A stretch of DNA of 64,000 bases, taken from a bacterium (GTDB lineage Bacteria > UBA8248). The notes beneath the pieces are model-generated. The model did no database searches. It saw only the letters and a program-made list of their open reading frames with translations, and had not been told where the DNA came from. Positions 9,285 through 19,236 of this stretch are shown piece by piece; the stretch's first letter is position 1; each line of letters starts with the position of its first letter. The position numbers and the translations under genes were made by a program. Location of the stretch: the NCBI GenBank assembly GCA_965213685.1, contig CBDBZY010000031.1, forward strand, positions 1 to 64,000. The letters run 5' to 3'.

Positions 9285-9384
9285 CGCCGGACGGAGGGGG
9301 GAGGGGGGCACTCCCCCCGGCGGGAAGCCTGACGCCGGACGGAGGGCGGGGGAGAGGGGGGGCGCGCTCCCCCCGGCGGGAAGG
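9273..9384. repeat. Intergenic tandem repeat (~48-56 bp period) with G/C hairpins
   Basis: CGGGAAGCCTGACGCCGGACGGAGGG at 9273 and 9321, partial third copy at 9377. Confidence 0.7.
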
Positions 9385-9451
9385 ACAGCCAGACGGGAGA
9401 CGGGAGGACGCGTCCCCTCCAAGGCGGACAACCACAATAAAGGAACGCACG

Positions 9452-10354
9452 ATGAAAATCGGATTTATCGGCCTGGGGAAGATGGGCGGCGGCATGGCGG
9501 CCAACCTCCAGAAAGCGGGCCATGCGCTCGTGGCACACGACATCGTCCGCGAGGCGGCCGCGGAGCATCTGGAGCGGGGCGCCCGCTGGGCGGATTCTCC
9601 CAAGGAGGTCGCCCGCGCGTGTGAAATCACCTTCACCTCGTTGCCGGGGCCAAAGGAGGTCGAGAGCGTCGCCACGGGTGCCGACGGCATCCTCGAGGGC
9701 ATCCGCGCGGGAGACGTCTACATCGACCTGAGCACGGGATACCCCGCCAGCGTCCGGAGCGTGTACGAAAAATTCTCGGACGCCGGCGCGCACATGATGG
9801 ACGCGCCCGTGAGCGGCTCCACCATCGGCGCGAAAACCGGACGCCTGGCGATCATGGCCGGCGGCGACAAGGACGTGTATGAGCGCTGCAAACCCGTCCT
9901 CGCGGCCATCGGGGATCGCCTCACCTACACGGGCGGGATCGGCAGCGGCACCATCTGCAAGCTCGCCCACAACTGCCTGGGCTACGGCATCCAGGCCATC
10001 GCGGCGGAATGCTACACCCTGGGCGTCAAGGCGGGAGCGGAACCCGGGGCGGTGGCGGAGACCATCCGCAACGGCGCCGTGGGCCGGGGCGTGCACTTTC
10101 ATTTCATCTTTCCCGAAACGTTCCTGAAGGGAAAATTCGACGCGCCCCACTTTCCCATGAAGGGCGCGGCGAAGGACGTGGGCCTCGCTCTCGCACTGGC
10201 CCGGGAGCACCAGGTGCCCATGACGATGGGCAACATCGCCTACCAGGAGCTCATCGCGGGACTCAACCGCGGATGGGGGGAGGATGACGCGAGACGCGCC
10301 ATGACGCTGCAGGAGGAGCGCGCGGGCGGCGTTTCCGTGAGAGTCCAAGAATAG
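9452..10354 (+). CDS. NAD(P)-dependent oxidoreductase, 3-hydroxyisobutyrate dehydrogenase family
   Basis: MKIGFIGLGKMG, DAPVSG, KLAHN. Confidence 0.9.
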   Translation: MKIGFIGLGKMGGGMAANLQKAGHALVAHDIVREAAAEHLERGARWADSPKEVARACEITFTSLPGPKEVESVATGADGILEGIRAGDVYIDLSTGYPASVRSVYEKFSDAGAHMMDAPVSGSTIGAKTGRLAIMAGGDKDVYERCKPVLAAIGDRLTYTGGIGSGTICKLAHNCLGYGIQAIAAECYTLGVKAGAEPGAVAETIRNGAVGRGVHFHFIFPETFLKGKFDAPHFPMKGAAKDVGLALALAREHQVPMTMGNIAYQELIAGLNRGWGEDDARRAMTLQEERAGGVSVRVQE

Positions 10355-10372
10355 CGCGAGGTCTGACACAGG

Positions 10373-11410
10373 ATGAAACACGGCATCGCCATGCTGCCGC
10401 CTGCGCCGGCGACCTACGCCCGCTGGTGTCGGCTCGCCGAGGAGGCGGGCTTCGACGTCATCTGGGTGCCGGACTCCCAGTCGCTCTACAGGGAGATGTA
10501 CGTCTCCTGTGCCGTCTGCGCCGCGAACACGTCGCGCGCGCTGCTGGGCCCCAACGTCACCAACCCGCTCACGCGGCACCCCGCAGCAGCCGCAAGCGCG
10601 ATCGCCACGGTGGACGAGCTATCCGGCGGGCGGGCGCTCTTCGGAATCGCCACGGGCGACAGCGCCGTCCTGAACCTGGGCCTGCGCCCCGGCCGGGTGG
10701 ACGATTTGCGGGAGTACGTCCTCGCCCTGCGGGGGATGCTCGAGGAGGGGGTCGGGCACTATCAGGGAAAATCCTGCGCCCTGGGCTGGCACCGAAAGCG
10801 CGTCCCCCTCTACATCGCCGCCGAGGGGCCGCGCACCATCCGGCTCGCGGGCGAGGTGGCCGACGGCGTCATCATCGGGACCGGCCTCACCCCGGAGGTG
10901 GTGGCGGATTCCCTCTCCTGGCTGGCCGACGGCGCCAGCGCATCGGGCCGCCGGGTGCGCGACCTCGACGTCTGGTGGCTGGTGAAGGCCCACGTGGGAG
11001 AAGACGGGGGGCGCGTCCGCGAGGAGATTCGCACCGCCCTCGCCGCGAGTGCGCACCACGCCTTTCGCTTCGCACTCGACGGCAGGCGGATTCCCCGGCG
11101 ATTCCTCTCCGCCGTCGAAACCCTCAAGAGGGAATACGCATTTCACGAGCACGAGATGATGGACAGACAGGCGAACGCGGAGCTCGTGGACAGGCTCGGC
11201 CTGCGGGAATACCTGCTGGATCGCTTCGCCATCGCCGGCACGCCCGCCGAATGCCGCGCCAGGCTGGAAAGCCTGCGGGCGATCGGCGTCGAGAACCTCA
11301 GAATTTCCGCCCACGTGCCCGATAAGCCCGCCTTCATCGAAACGTGGAGCCGCGAGGTGATGGGCGGGGGCGAAACCGCGCCAGCAGAGACAAAGAGGAC
11401 GCTTCCATGA
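10373..11410 (+). CDS. LLM-class flavin-dependent oxidoreductase (Mer-like)
   Basis: AEEAGFD, VTNPLTRHP, SGGRA..GI.TGDS, LAGEVADGV. Confidence 0.9.
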   Translation: MKHGIAMLPPAPATYARWCRLAEEAGFDVIWVPDSQSLYREMYVSCAVCAANTSRALLGPNVTNPLTRHPAAAASAIATVDELSGGRALFGIATGDSAVLNLGLRPGRVDDLREYVLALRGMLEEGVGHYQGKSCALGWHRKRVPLYIAAEGPRTIRLAGEVADGVIIGTGLTPEVVADSLSWLADGASASGRRVRDLDVWWLVKAHVGEDGGRVREEIRTALAASAHHAFRFALDGRRIPRRFLSAVETLKREYAFHEHEMMDRQANAELVDRLGLREYLLDRFAIAGTPAECRARLESLRAIGVENLRISAHVPDKPAFIETWSREVMGGGETAPAETKRTLP

Positions 11411-12409
11411 GACACGGCATCTCATTCCGCCCGCCCGACACGGACTCGTTCGCCCGCTGGTGCCGGTGCGCGGAGGAGGGCGGGTTTGACGCGGTCTTCA
11501 TCCCGGACTCCCAGTCCCTGTATCGGGAAGTGTATGTGTCGAGTGCGATATGCGCGATGCAGACGAGCGCCATCCTCTTCGGGCCGTGCGTCACCAACCC
11601 CCTCACGCGGCACCCGGCCGTGGCCGCGAGCGCAATCGCCACCATCAGCGAGCTATCCGGCGGCCGCGCCTTCTGGGGAATCGCCACGGGCGACAGCGCC
11701 GTCCTGAACCTGGGACTCAAACCCGCGCGGCTTGCGGACCTGCGCGAATACGTCCTCGCCGTGCGGGGAATGCTGGAGGAGGGGAGCGCCGCCTACAAGG
11801 GGGAAAACCAGCCGGCTGAGCTGGCACCGATCCCACGTGCCCATTCACATCGCCGCGGAAGGCCCCCGGACGCTGCGCCTGGCGGGAGAGGTGGCGGACG
11901 GGGTCATCATCGGAACCGGCCTCCTCCCCGAAGTCATCGGGGACACGCTGGGGTTCATCGACGAGGGCGCCCGGAAATCAGGCCGGACGGTGGAAGATCT
12001 CGACCTCTGGTGGCTGGCGGACGCCCACGTAGACGCCGATGGCGAACGGGCGAGAGAGGACATCCGCACCGCCCTCGCCGCGAGTGCGCACCACTCGTTC
12101 TCGTTCACGCTGGAGGGCAAGCGCGTCCCCGGCAGCCTGGAATCCGCGGTTCGCGCACTCCGGGACGGATACCGGACCGCAGAGCACGGCTTCATGGACA
12201 AATCGAACAACGCGGCGCTCGTGGACCGCTTCGGGCTCAGGGAATACCTGACAGATCGGTTTGCGATCGTCGGCACGCCCGCCGAATGCCGCAAGCGACT
12301 GGCGGCGCTGGAAAAGATGGGCGTGAGAGGATTGCGCATCAACAACAACCTGCCCGACCGGACCGCGTTCATGGACGCCTGGAGCCGGGACGTGCGGGAA
12401 ATCCGGTGA
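11407..12409 (+). CDS. LLM-class flavin-dependent oxidoreductase, tandem paralogue (apparent +1 G frameshift ~11800)
   Basis: ATGA overlap with upstream paralogue; removing one G in AAGGGGGAAAACC joins the halves collinearly with the paralogue. Confidence 0.85.
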
Positions 12410-12527
12410 ACGCCGCGCGGAACGGGGGGGGGGCATTCCCCCGGTGCGCGCGTTCGGGTAGAATGGAGAGAAGTTTTCGCCAGACCAGGCTTCGCGTCCC
12501 GCGACAGCCGCTCACAGGGGGGAGGGC

Positions 12528-13082
12528 GTGCTCGTGACGACCAGGGCGAGGGAGAAGATTCTCGTGTACGAACCCGCAGCGGAAGCTCCCGGCGGATGCG
12601 CACCGGCCGCCGCGCGGCCCGCGACGCTCAACGGCAAGAGCGTGGGCCTCATCAACAACACGAAGGACCTGACCGATGAGATTTTTGACGCGCTCGGAGC
12701 CGGCCTCCAGGAGCAGTTCCCCGAAGTCCGCATCCTCCGCTACAGGAAGAAATCCGTGAGCGGAGCACCGGCCGCTCTCCTCGAACGTGTGGAGGGGGAG
12801 TGCGACGCGGTCGTTTGCGCCCTGGGCGACTGAGGCTCCTGCGCATCGTGGAGTATCCACGACAGCGTCGCCCTGGAAAAAAGGGGACTGCCCACGGCGA
12901 CCATCATCACCGACGCCTTCGAGACCTACGCCAGACAACTCGCCCGGCTGCACAAGATGCGCGCGCTTCCCCTCGTGACGCTCCCCCACCCCGTCGCGGG
13001 CCGCGCGCGGGCGCAGGTGCGCGAGATGTCGGCCAGGGCGGTCGCGCGTCTCACGGCCGCCCTCACGCAGGCGCGCGCCTGA
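12528..13082 (+). CDS. UGSC-motif selenoprotein (Sec at UGA 12831-12833)
   Basis: ALGD-UGA-GSCASWSIHD...LEKRGLPT...PHP; readthrough ends 7 nt before next gene; hairpin 12846-12862. Confidence 0.85.
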
Positions 13083-13089
13083 TACGCGC

Positions 13090-14184
13090 ATGAGCGAACC
13101 CGCCCGCCAAATCGCCCTGGATGCGGATGCGGACGCCATCTTCACGCACTTCTACGAGCAGGGCTGGACGGACGGCCTTCCGGTCATACCGCCGACCGGG
13201 GAGCGAATCTCCCGCATGCTGCGCTTCACGGACCATGCGCCGCAGGACGTGATCGCCGCCATCCCGCCCAGAAACGCGCCGGCCACCGCCGAGCGCATCG
13301 CCATCAACGCCGTGATGGCGGGGTGCCTGCCGGAATACCTCCCCGTGCTGATCGCCGCCGTCCAGGCCATGACGGCGCCCGCCTACAACCTGTACGGCCG
13401 CCAGACGACCACCCATCCGGGGGCGCATCTCATGATCCTCCACGGGCCGGTGCGGAACGAGCTCGAGGTGAACTGCCGCCAGAACGTGTTCGGGCAGGGC
13501 TGGCGCGCGAACGCCACCCTCGGGCGCGCGATCCGGCTGTTGATGATGAACGTGGGCGGCGGCATCCCGGGCGTGACCGACATGGCCACCCACGGGCACC
13601 CCGGAAAATTCTCCTACACCATCGGCGAGGACGAGGAGGGGAGCCCCTGGCCCCCCTTTCACGCGGACCGCGGCTTCGCCCCCGAGACCTCCGCCGTCAC
13701 CATGCTTTGCGCGGAAGCACCCCACAACGTCAACGACCTCGTGAGCAAAACACCCCACAAATACCTGGGGACGGCGGCGTCCGCCCTCTCCACCCTGGGT
13801 GCGAACGGCGTGTACCGAAGCGGGCTGCCGAGCGAGCAGATGCTGGTACTGACGGCCGAGGCCGCCCGCTGGCTATCCGGGCAGGGATGGTCCAAGGCCG
13901 ACGTCTCCCAATACCTCTTCGAGGCGGCGCGCCAGCCGATTCGCCTGCTGCGCGACCGGGGCGGCTTTGGCATGACGCCGCTCGCCCCGTTCGTCGACGT
14001 GGCGGACGACGAGGAGATGGCGCCCATCGTCCCGAGGCCGGAGGACATCCTCATCATCGTCGCCGGCGGCCACGGCCGCCACATGAACGCCGTCCTCACG
14101 GCGAGCTACAACCTGAGCGTCACCCGGGCGATCGCCCGCAAGGACGGGACGCCCATCGGCTCCGTGCGGGAGATGGGGGAGTGA
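13090..14184 (+). CDS. Conserved partner of UGSC selenoproteins (GWTDGLPVIPPT family)
   Basis: GWTDGLPVIPPT, AINAVMAGC.PEY, RANATLGRA, PW.PFH..RG. Confidence 0.8.
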   Translation: MSEPARQIALDADADAIFTHFYEQGWTDGLPVIPPTGERISRMLRFTDHAPQDVIAAIPPRNAPATAERIAINAVMAGCLPEYLPVLIAAVQAMTAPAYNLYGRQTTTHPGAHLMILHGPVRNELEVNCRQNVFGQGWRANATLGRAIRLLMMNVGGGIPGVTDMATHGHPGKFSYTIGEDEEGSPWPPFHADRGFAPETSAVTMLCAEAPHNVNDLVSKTPHKYLGTAASALSTLGANGVYRSGLPSEQMLVLTAEAARWLSGQGWSKADVSQYLFEAARQPIRLLRDRGGFGMTPLAPFVDVADDEEMAPIVPRPEDILIIVAGGHGRHMNAVLTASYNLSVTRAIARKDGTPIGSVREMGE

Positions 14185-14255
14185 GGGGGAGAGGCGAAAA
14201 CCAAGTGCAACCTCCCATGTTGGAGATGCTCGCTCCCCGGAGGCAGGAGTCCGGG

Positions 14256-14807
14256 TTAAGGTGCGACAGGGAGTTCGTGTGTCTGGATGACCTTGATTCC
14301 GAAGCGTTGCGCCAGCTCTTTCAGACCGTTGTCATCAGAGTAAATTGTATTTTGATTTCGGGCGAGAGCAACAGCAACAATTTGCCTGTCAAATTTGAGT
14401 TGTGCCTTGGTGCGTGGTGACGCGGATTTCCGTTCTTTGTTGTGATGTACCTTTCGGGTTACATCAACAAGCTTTCTAACAGCATTCGTATCAAAATCCG
14501 CAATCTGGAAATGTCGAGACTGATGCAACCTGGAGAGACATTCTTCTGTCCTTCCTTCTGGAACGGCAAAGAGCACTTCCGCCAATGCTGGCGTCGGGAT
14601 AACGATCGTCTCGGACTTTGCCTGTATATCCTGTATCAGGATATCCATCCGCTCCTTTATTTTGGCGAGCGGCTCCCCCGTGTCGGGGTCGGCGGGAGGC
14701 CTGGCGTCTGGCTGGACCAGTGGCAGGCGTCTCGCCCTCCACCCTCCCGACGGACAGCCGGAAGCGGCGGCGGCGCTCACCTCGCGGCGGCGGCGCCCCT
14801 CTAGCAT
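14256..14807 (-). CDS. PIN-domain protein (start uncertain, N-terminus possibly lost)
   Basis: IPTPALAEVL, KFDRQIVAVA, IYSDD; low GC. Confidence 0.7.
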   Translation of the reverse strand: MLEGRRRREVSAAAASGCPSGGWRARRLPLVQPDARPPADPDTGEPLAKIKERMDILIQDIQAKSETIVIPTPALAEVLFAVPEGRTEECLSRLHQSRHFQIADFDTNAVRKLVDVTRKVHHNKERKSASPRTKAQLKFDRQIVAVALARNQNTIYSDDNGLKELAQRFGIKVIQTHELPVAP

Positions 14808-15208
14808 TGGGGTTTAGTCATACCAAAAGACTTCCTAAAGTGCTTGAAATAAAATCCTTGTACGCTCGCAGCATAAAACGCGGCTTCAAAATAATCCTTT
14901 GTCCACCGTCCATTGGTGTGCTTCCATTTCTTTGGCAGGTGAACTTCCCGAGGCTTGCGCGGCGCGCGTAAAGTCTCCGGCGTCGCGCCGGCCGTGAAAA
15001 CATTCTTCATATCTTTGTCAACTTTCCTCTCGATCTCCTCCAGCCATTTTTGTCCACCTTCCACAGGCGGGCAGACAACGCGACACCAATGCCCCACCAA
15101 GCAAATCACCACGGGACTTTCTAGGGGCATCCGGTAATATTCCTCTTCCGCCCAAGCCCAAAGAGGGAGTGAGAACAGGAAAACGGCAACCGCGATTATG
15201 ATTTTCAT
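14801..15208 (-). CDS. Secreted hypothetical protein, three Cys (paralogue A)
   Basis: Signal peptide MKIIIAVAVFLFSLPLWAWA; C-x5-C-x3-CPP. Confidence 0.55.
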   Translation of the reverse strand: MKIIIAVAVFLFSLPLWAWAEEEYYRMPLESPVVICLVGHWCRVVCPPVEGGQKWLEEIERKVDKDMKNVFTAGATPETLRAPRKPREVHLPKKWKHTNGRWTKDYFEAAFYAASVQGFYFKHFRKSFGMTKPQC

Positions 15209-15228
15209 CTTAGGCACCCTTCTAGCGG

Positions 15229-15585
15229 TTAGCACGCGAATCTCATCTCCCGCAAAATTCCCAAAAACATAAGAGACAAAGTGGCTTTCGATATTTCGCG
15301 TATGCCTACCTTAAAAAGCAGAGCAGGTTGATTGGTGGTTGCCCCGTCTTCAAATTTAAAATCATACCGACTTGTTCGCAAAAATTTCGTGGCCGCCTCT
15401 GCCCATTCAGCCCGTCCTTTGTCAGGTGGGCAGAATATGTAACATTTACCCAGAGGCTCCCAGCACAACAACAATGGTCGGGATACGAATGTATCAGGTG
15501 GAGTTTTCAGGAAAGAAGGGGGTCGGTCCTCTCCCCACGCGGGCGCAGCGAACATCAAAACGGCAACCGCGAGTATGATTTTCAT
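15229..15585 (-). CDS. Secreted hypothetical protein, three Cys (paralogue B)
   Basis: Signal peptide MKIILAVAVLMFAAPAWG; C-x6-C-x3-CPP; GAGG RBS. Confidence 0.55.
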   Translation of the reverse strand: MKIILAVAVLMFAAPAWGEDRPPSFLKTPPDTFVSRPLLLCWEPLGKCYIFCPPDKGRAEWAEAATKFLRTSRYDFKFEDGATTNQPALLFKVGIREISKATLSLMFLGILREMRFAC

Positions 15586-15596
15586 TCGGTTTCCTC

Positions 15597-15746
15597 TCAG
15601 GTGCGGTCGGGGAAAATCAAGAAAGCAATGCCCGCCGTGATCAGCACGCAACCGGACAGCAGCAGCGAGGCGTCGATCAGGGCGGCGGCGCGATAACCCG
15701 CAATCGCCGCCAAAAACATGAGCGTTGTTGCATCGAATACGGGCAT
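15597..15746 (-). CDS. Small 49-aa membrane protein (below ORF-track cut-off)
   Basis: MPVFDATTLMFLAAIAGYRAAALIDASLLLSGCVLITAGIAFLIFPDRT; TGATG overlap with upstream ORF. Confidence 0.45.
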   Translation of the reverse strand: MPVFDATTLMFLAAIAGYRAAALIDASLLLSGCVLITAGIAFLIFPDRT

Positions 15747-16003
15747 CACCTTCTGACTTCAATGCCTCGTTCCCTCATAAGTTCGGCATAAGGGTCATGA
15801 ACGCCCTCGAACAACTTCAAACTTCTCATTTTATGAACGAATACATCGAGCGGCTCATCAATGGCCTCGTCCATTCGTATCGTATTTAACGTTTGACTAT
15901 CCTCAGAATATATTCCCCCCACACAGTTCGTATCTTCCTGTACTTCGCCACGGGAAATGGCTTCATCGGATACATCGTTATTCCCTTGGTCTTTACTGTT
16001 CAA
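15746..16003 (-). CDS. Hypothetical acidic protein
   Basis: TTG start after GGAGGAG; low GC. Confidence 0.45.
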   Translation of the reverse strand: MNSKDQGNNDVSDEAISRGEVQEDTNCVGGIYSEDSQTLNTIRMDEAIDEPLDVFVHKMRSLKLFEGVHDPYAELMRERGIEVRR

Positions 16004-16112
16004 TACTCCTCCTCCCCTCCAAAGAAGCACAATTATGCCTACAAACGGGAATTCTTGACAAGCGAGAAATTATCGCATCCGATAACAATAGGCAGGCCAC
16101 GCAGAGAAAGCC

Positions 16113-17486
16113 CTACCCGTCCAGGTTCATGCCGAACTGGCCCGCCATGTGGCCAAAGAGTTTGCCGGCGGCCTCGTCGCTCATCCAGCCGCGCCCGGTC
16201 GCCGTCTCCAGCGCACTACTCACGCGCAGGAGGGCCTGCGAGATTTTCTCGGTGTCGCGGACGGAGATTTCCGGCAAAACGGGGGAGACGCCCGAGCACA
16301 GCGGCCTCCTCGGGCAGCGCGCCCGCGCGGTGGGCTTCCTCGAGCTGCTTGTCGGCCATGGCCTGCAGAATATGACGCACGGTGCGCTGGCGCCTCGTCA
16401 TCTTCTTGAGGGTGGGCTGATCCATCGACTCCGCCGACGCGCGGTTCACGTCCTCTCCCTGGGCGAACCAGTGGGAGGGGACGCCCACGCCGCCCAAGAG
16501 CAGGCCCCGCATCAGCTTGGCGATGCCCTGGGCGCCCGCCTCGCCTCCCTTCAAATCGGGCGAGACGGCCCGCCACTCCTCTTTTTCATTATGCACGCGC
16601 ACGCTCGAGGGCTTGGGGGCGACGCCGTTCTCGGAGAGCCAGTCCGCGATTTTCTCCGGCCCCGCCCCCTTGAGGGTGACATCGTAGATGAAGCTGTTTT
16701 GCAGTCGGGCGCGCTCCACGGCGTCAAAGATGAAGCGCTCGTAGGAATCGATCCAGTCGATGGCGGCAAACAAATCGGAGGAGCCGCGGGCGGCGTCGCT
16801 CGATTTGTTGATCTGAAACAGGAACGCCTCCCCGTCTGCGAAGCGTTCGCGCTCCCTTTGGGCGGATGCGCTCAGATAGCCGCGCGGGTCGCCCCCCAGA
16901 ACCGTCCGGACCCTCTTGCCCTTCCGTCCCGCCCCGGCCCAGCCCGTCGGCGCGCAGGAGGACCCCGATGGGCAAGGCGCAGTTGTCCGGGTCCATCACC
17001 ACCTCCTCTATCAGCCGGGGGCTGACGTAGCCCAGGCGCACGCGCCCCTCGAACCGCGAGACGGCGACCGGCAGGAGGAGTTCGCCGAAGATGCCGAGCT
17101 CCGAGACCAGCCGCTCGAAGCGCAGGTCCATCTGGTTCACGGGGTCGCCCCAGAACGCCTTCACCGCGCGCAGCGCGCGATCATCCTCCGCGTGCCAGCT
17201 CACCCCCTCGCCCACGACGTGATCCGTCACGATCTCGATCAGGCGCTGGCCCATCAGGTTGGTGAGCCACAGATCATGCGCGAGGGACTGCATCCGCGCG
17301 TGGGCGTGGGGCGTGACGCTCCTGGCGCCCTCTCCCAGGGGACGCCAGACTCTCTCGTCAGGGTCTATGCCGGCGCTCAGCCGCCCGGTGTTGCGCGCGG
17401 ATGCGGCGCGGGCCCCGCTTCACCGGCGCCCCGGCGGCCGCCTTGCGCTTCGGGCTCTGCGCCCCCTTCGCATTCTCCATCCTCAT
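16113..17486 (-). CDS. Phage portal protein (three apparent +1 frameshifts at ~17412, ~16930, ~16293)
   Basis: ATGA-coupled to terminase; WRPL, N.MG.R.IE..TD.VVGEG, FGEL, RG.SDL, P.HWF..G.DVNRA; ~457 aa after repair. Confidence 0.75.
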
Positions 17487-18130
17487 CTCCTCCCGAGCAT
17501 TCGCCCGCCCCACTCTCGCGGCGCCACCGTCCCGCCGGCGATGGGGGCCAGAATTCCCTCGCTCCGCGCCAGGGACTCGGCCAGCCGCGCATAGGCGCAG
17601 GCGAAGCCGAAGTGATTCTCGTTGCGCTCATAGGCCAGGATCGTCTCCCCCGAGGAGCGGACGCGCGGCTTTTTCCTCAAGTTTCCCAGATGGCGCTCCA
17701 CCTCGGCGAGAAGCGCCTCCTCCCCGGCACTCCCCGGATGCGGCAACAACACCCGCCCGGCGCCCTGGTGAAACTCCTCCACGAGATGATCCAGAAGGTC
17801 CTCGCGGCTCATGCGCACGTGGCGGCGCGCGACCCCCAGAAACGAGACCTCCTTGGTCTGCATGGCGCCCTCGGTATGCCGCCAGATGAAGCCGCCGTCC
17901 GGGTGCAGGTCGTACACCCCCCTTGCGGCCTGGGTGTGGGGGCCGCCATCCACGACGAACGCCTCCACCCCCAGGTGTGCGAATATCGCGCGGCACCTGT
18001 GGATGAGCCGCTCGATGGGCGGGGCCTCAAAATAAATCCAGCGCACGGGCCGCCCCCGCTCATGCTCGCGCACCGCGAGGGCGCACACGTCCCCCGTATC
18101 GACCCCGCAGAAGCGATGGCGCGCGCTCAT
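17483..18130 (-). CDS. Terminase large subunit, nuclease domain ORF
   Basis: CGVDTGD, VVDGGP, ENHFGFA..Y; GGAGG-N7-ATG overlapping ATPase stop. Confidence 0.7.
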   Translation of the reverse strand: MSARHRFCGVDTGDVCALAVREHERGRPVRWIYFEAPPIERLIHRCRAIFAHLGVEAFVVDGGPHTQAARGVYDLHPDGGFIWRHTEGAMQTKEVSFLGVARRHVRMSREDLLDHLVEEFHQGAGRVLLPHPGSAGEEALLAEVERHLGNLRKKPRVRSSGETILAYERNENHFGFACAYARLAESLARSEGILAPIAGGTVAPREWGGRMLGRR

Positions 18131-19185
18131 GCGGGAACCTCCGCCAGCCGGTAGGGTGCGGTCGTGCGCAGCGTTTTGAGCAACTCCCCGGTGAGCGGCT
18201 GTGCGTCGCCCGCGTCGGGCATGGCGAGCGTGGAGCAACGAAACCGCGCCCTCTCGCTCGGAAGCCGGGCGGCGGCCCACTTCGCCGCGACCCGGTGCAG
18301 GCGAACCGCCCCGACCCCGAGTTGAGAGAGGCGGTAGCTCCTGTCGCGCCGACCCGGCCGCGCGGCCCGCCAGACGCCCGCTCCCCTGTCGAGAGGCCCG
18401 CCGCAGCCCGGACAGGCCAGGGCCGCCGAACGCAGGATTCCCGGCCAATGCTCCTCGGGAACGCTCTGCGCGCGACAGGCCGGGCACCTCAGGTGCCAGT
18501 GCCTTTGGTCTCCCTCCTCATACATCGCGTGGATGCCGGCTCCGGGGGTTCGTCCCATCGCGAGGTTCAGCGTCAGGGCGAGCGGGGAGGCGTCGATTCG
18601 ATCGTTCGACCACTTGAGGTTCTCGGGCGGGAGGTCGTCCACCTCGTCGCGGATCAGGATGTCGAGCGGGAGCGATATGGCGTTGCCCACGTCCCGAAGA
18701 CCAAGTATGTAAAGAAACCGCGACCCCCCGGGACCGGGGAATTCCTTGAGGCCCTTGGGGGACGCGCCCCTGTATTTTCCATCACGCATGGTCTGGGCGA
18801 TCGCTCCGCTCCGAATCGCCGGGCGCACGCGCGTCTGGTCGAAGCGGTCGGCGAAATCCTGATCGGGCAAAAAATAGCCCACGTTCAGGCGGCGGACGAT
18901 GACGGCGTACAGCGCCAGGCCTATCGCGAGCGTGGTCAGGCCGACCTGGGCGCCCTTCAGGATGCTGATGGTTTGATCGGGGATGCGATTCCGGAGGACG
19001 GCGTCGAGTGCGGCGGTGAGCTCGATGAGCGCCTCGCGGCCCTCAAACGTGAACGCCCCTCCCTCGGTGGACATCTCGCTCGTCAGAAAACGCGCCAGCC
19101 CGGGGGCTTCGACCGAGAAGCGCGACGGCTTGCCGACCGCCAGAACGATGCTGGGCGTATGCATGATCTTCCGGGATTTGCGCAA
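18127..19185 (-). CDS. Terminase large subunit, ATPase domain (GpA-like)
   Basis: Walker A KGAQVGLT, Walker B ILIRDEVD, GDQRHW..CPAC...CPGC. Confidence 0.85.
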   Translation of the reverse strand: MRKSRKIMHTPSIVLAVGKPSRFSVEAPGLARFLTSEMSTEGGAFTFEGREALIELTAALDAVLRNRIPDQTISILKGAQVGLTTLAIGLALYAVIVRRLNVGYFLPDQDFADRFDQTRVRPAIRSGAIAQTMRDGKYRGASPKGLKEFPGPGGSRFLYILGLRDVGNAISLPLDILIRDEVDDLPPENLKWSNDRIDASPLALTLNLAMGRTPGAGIHAMYEEGDQRHWHLRCPACRAQSVPEEHWPGILRSAALACPGCGGPLDRGAGVWRAARPGRRDRSYRLSQLGVGAVRLHRVAAKWAAARLPSERARFRCSTLAMPDAGDAQPLTGELLKTLRTTAPYRLAEVPA

Positions 19186-19236
19186 CCCTGCGACTCCTCC
19201 GTCCCGAGGACGCCGCGCGCATCCTCACGGGGGAGG

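Noticed and set aside
9273-9384. CRISPR array
   Set aside because: Only two full repeats, spacers resemble each other, no cas genes
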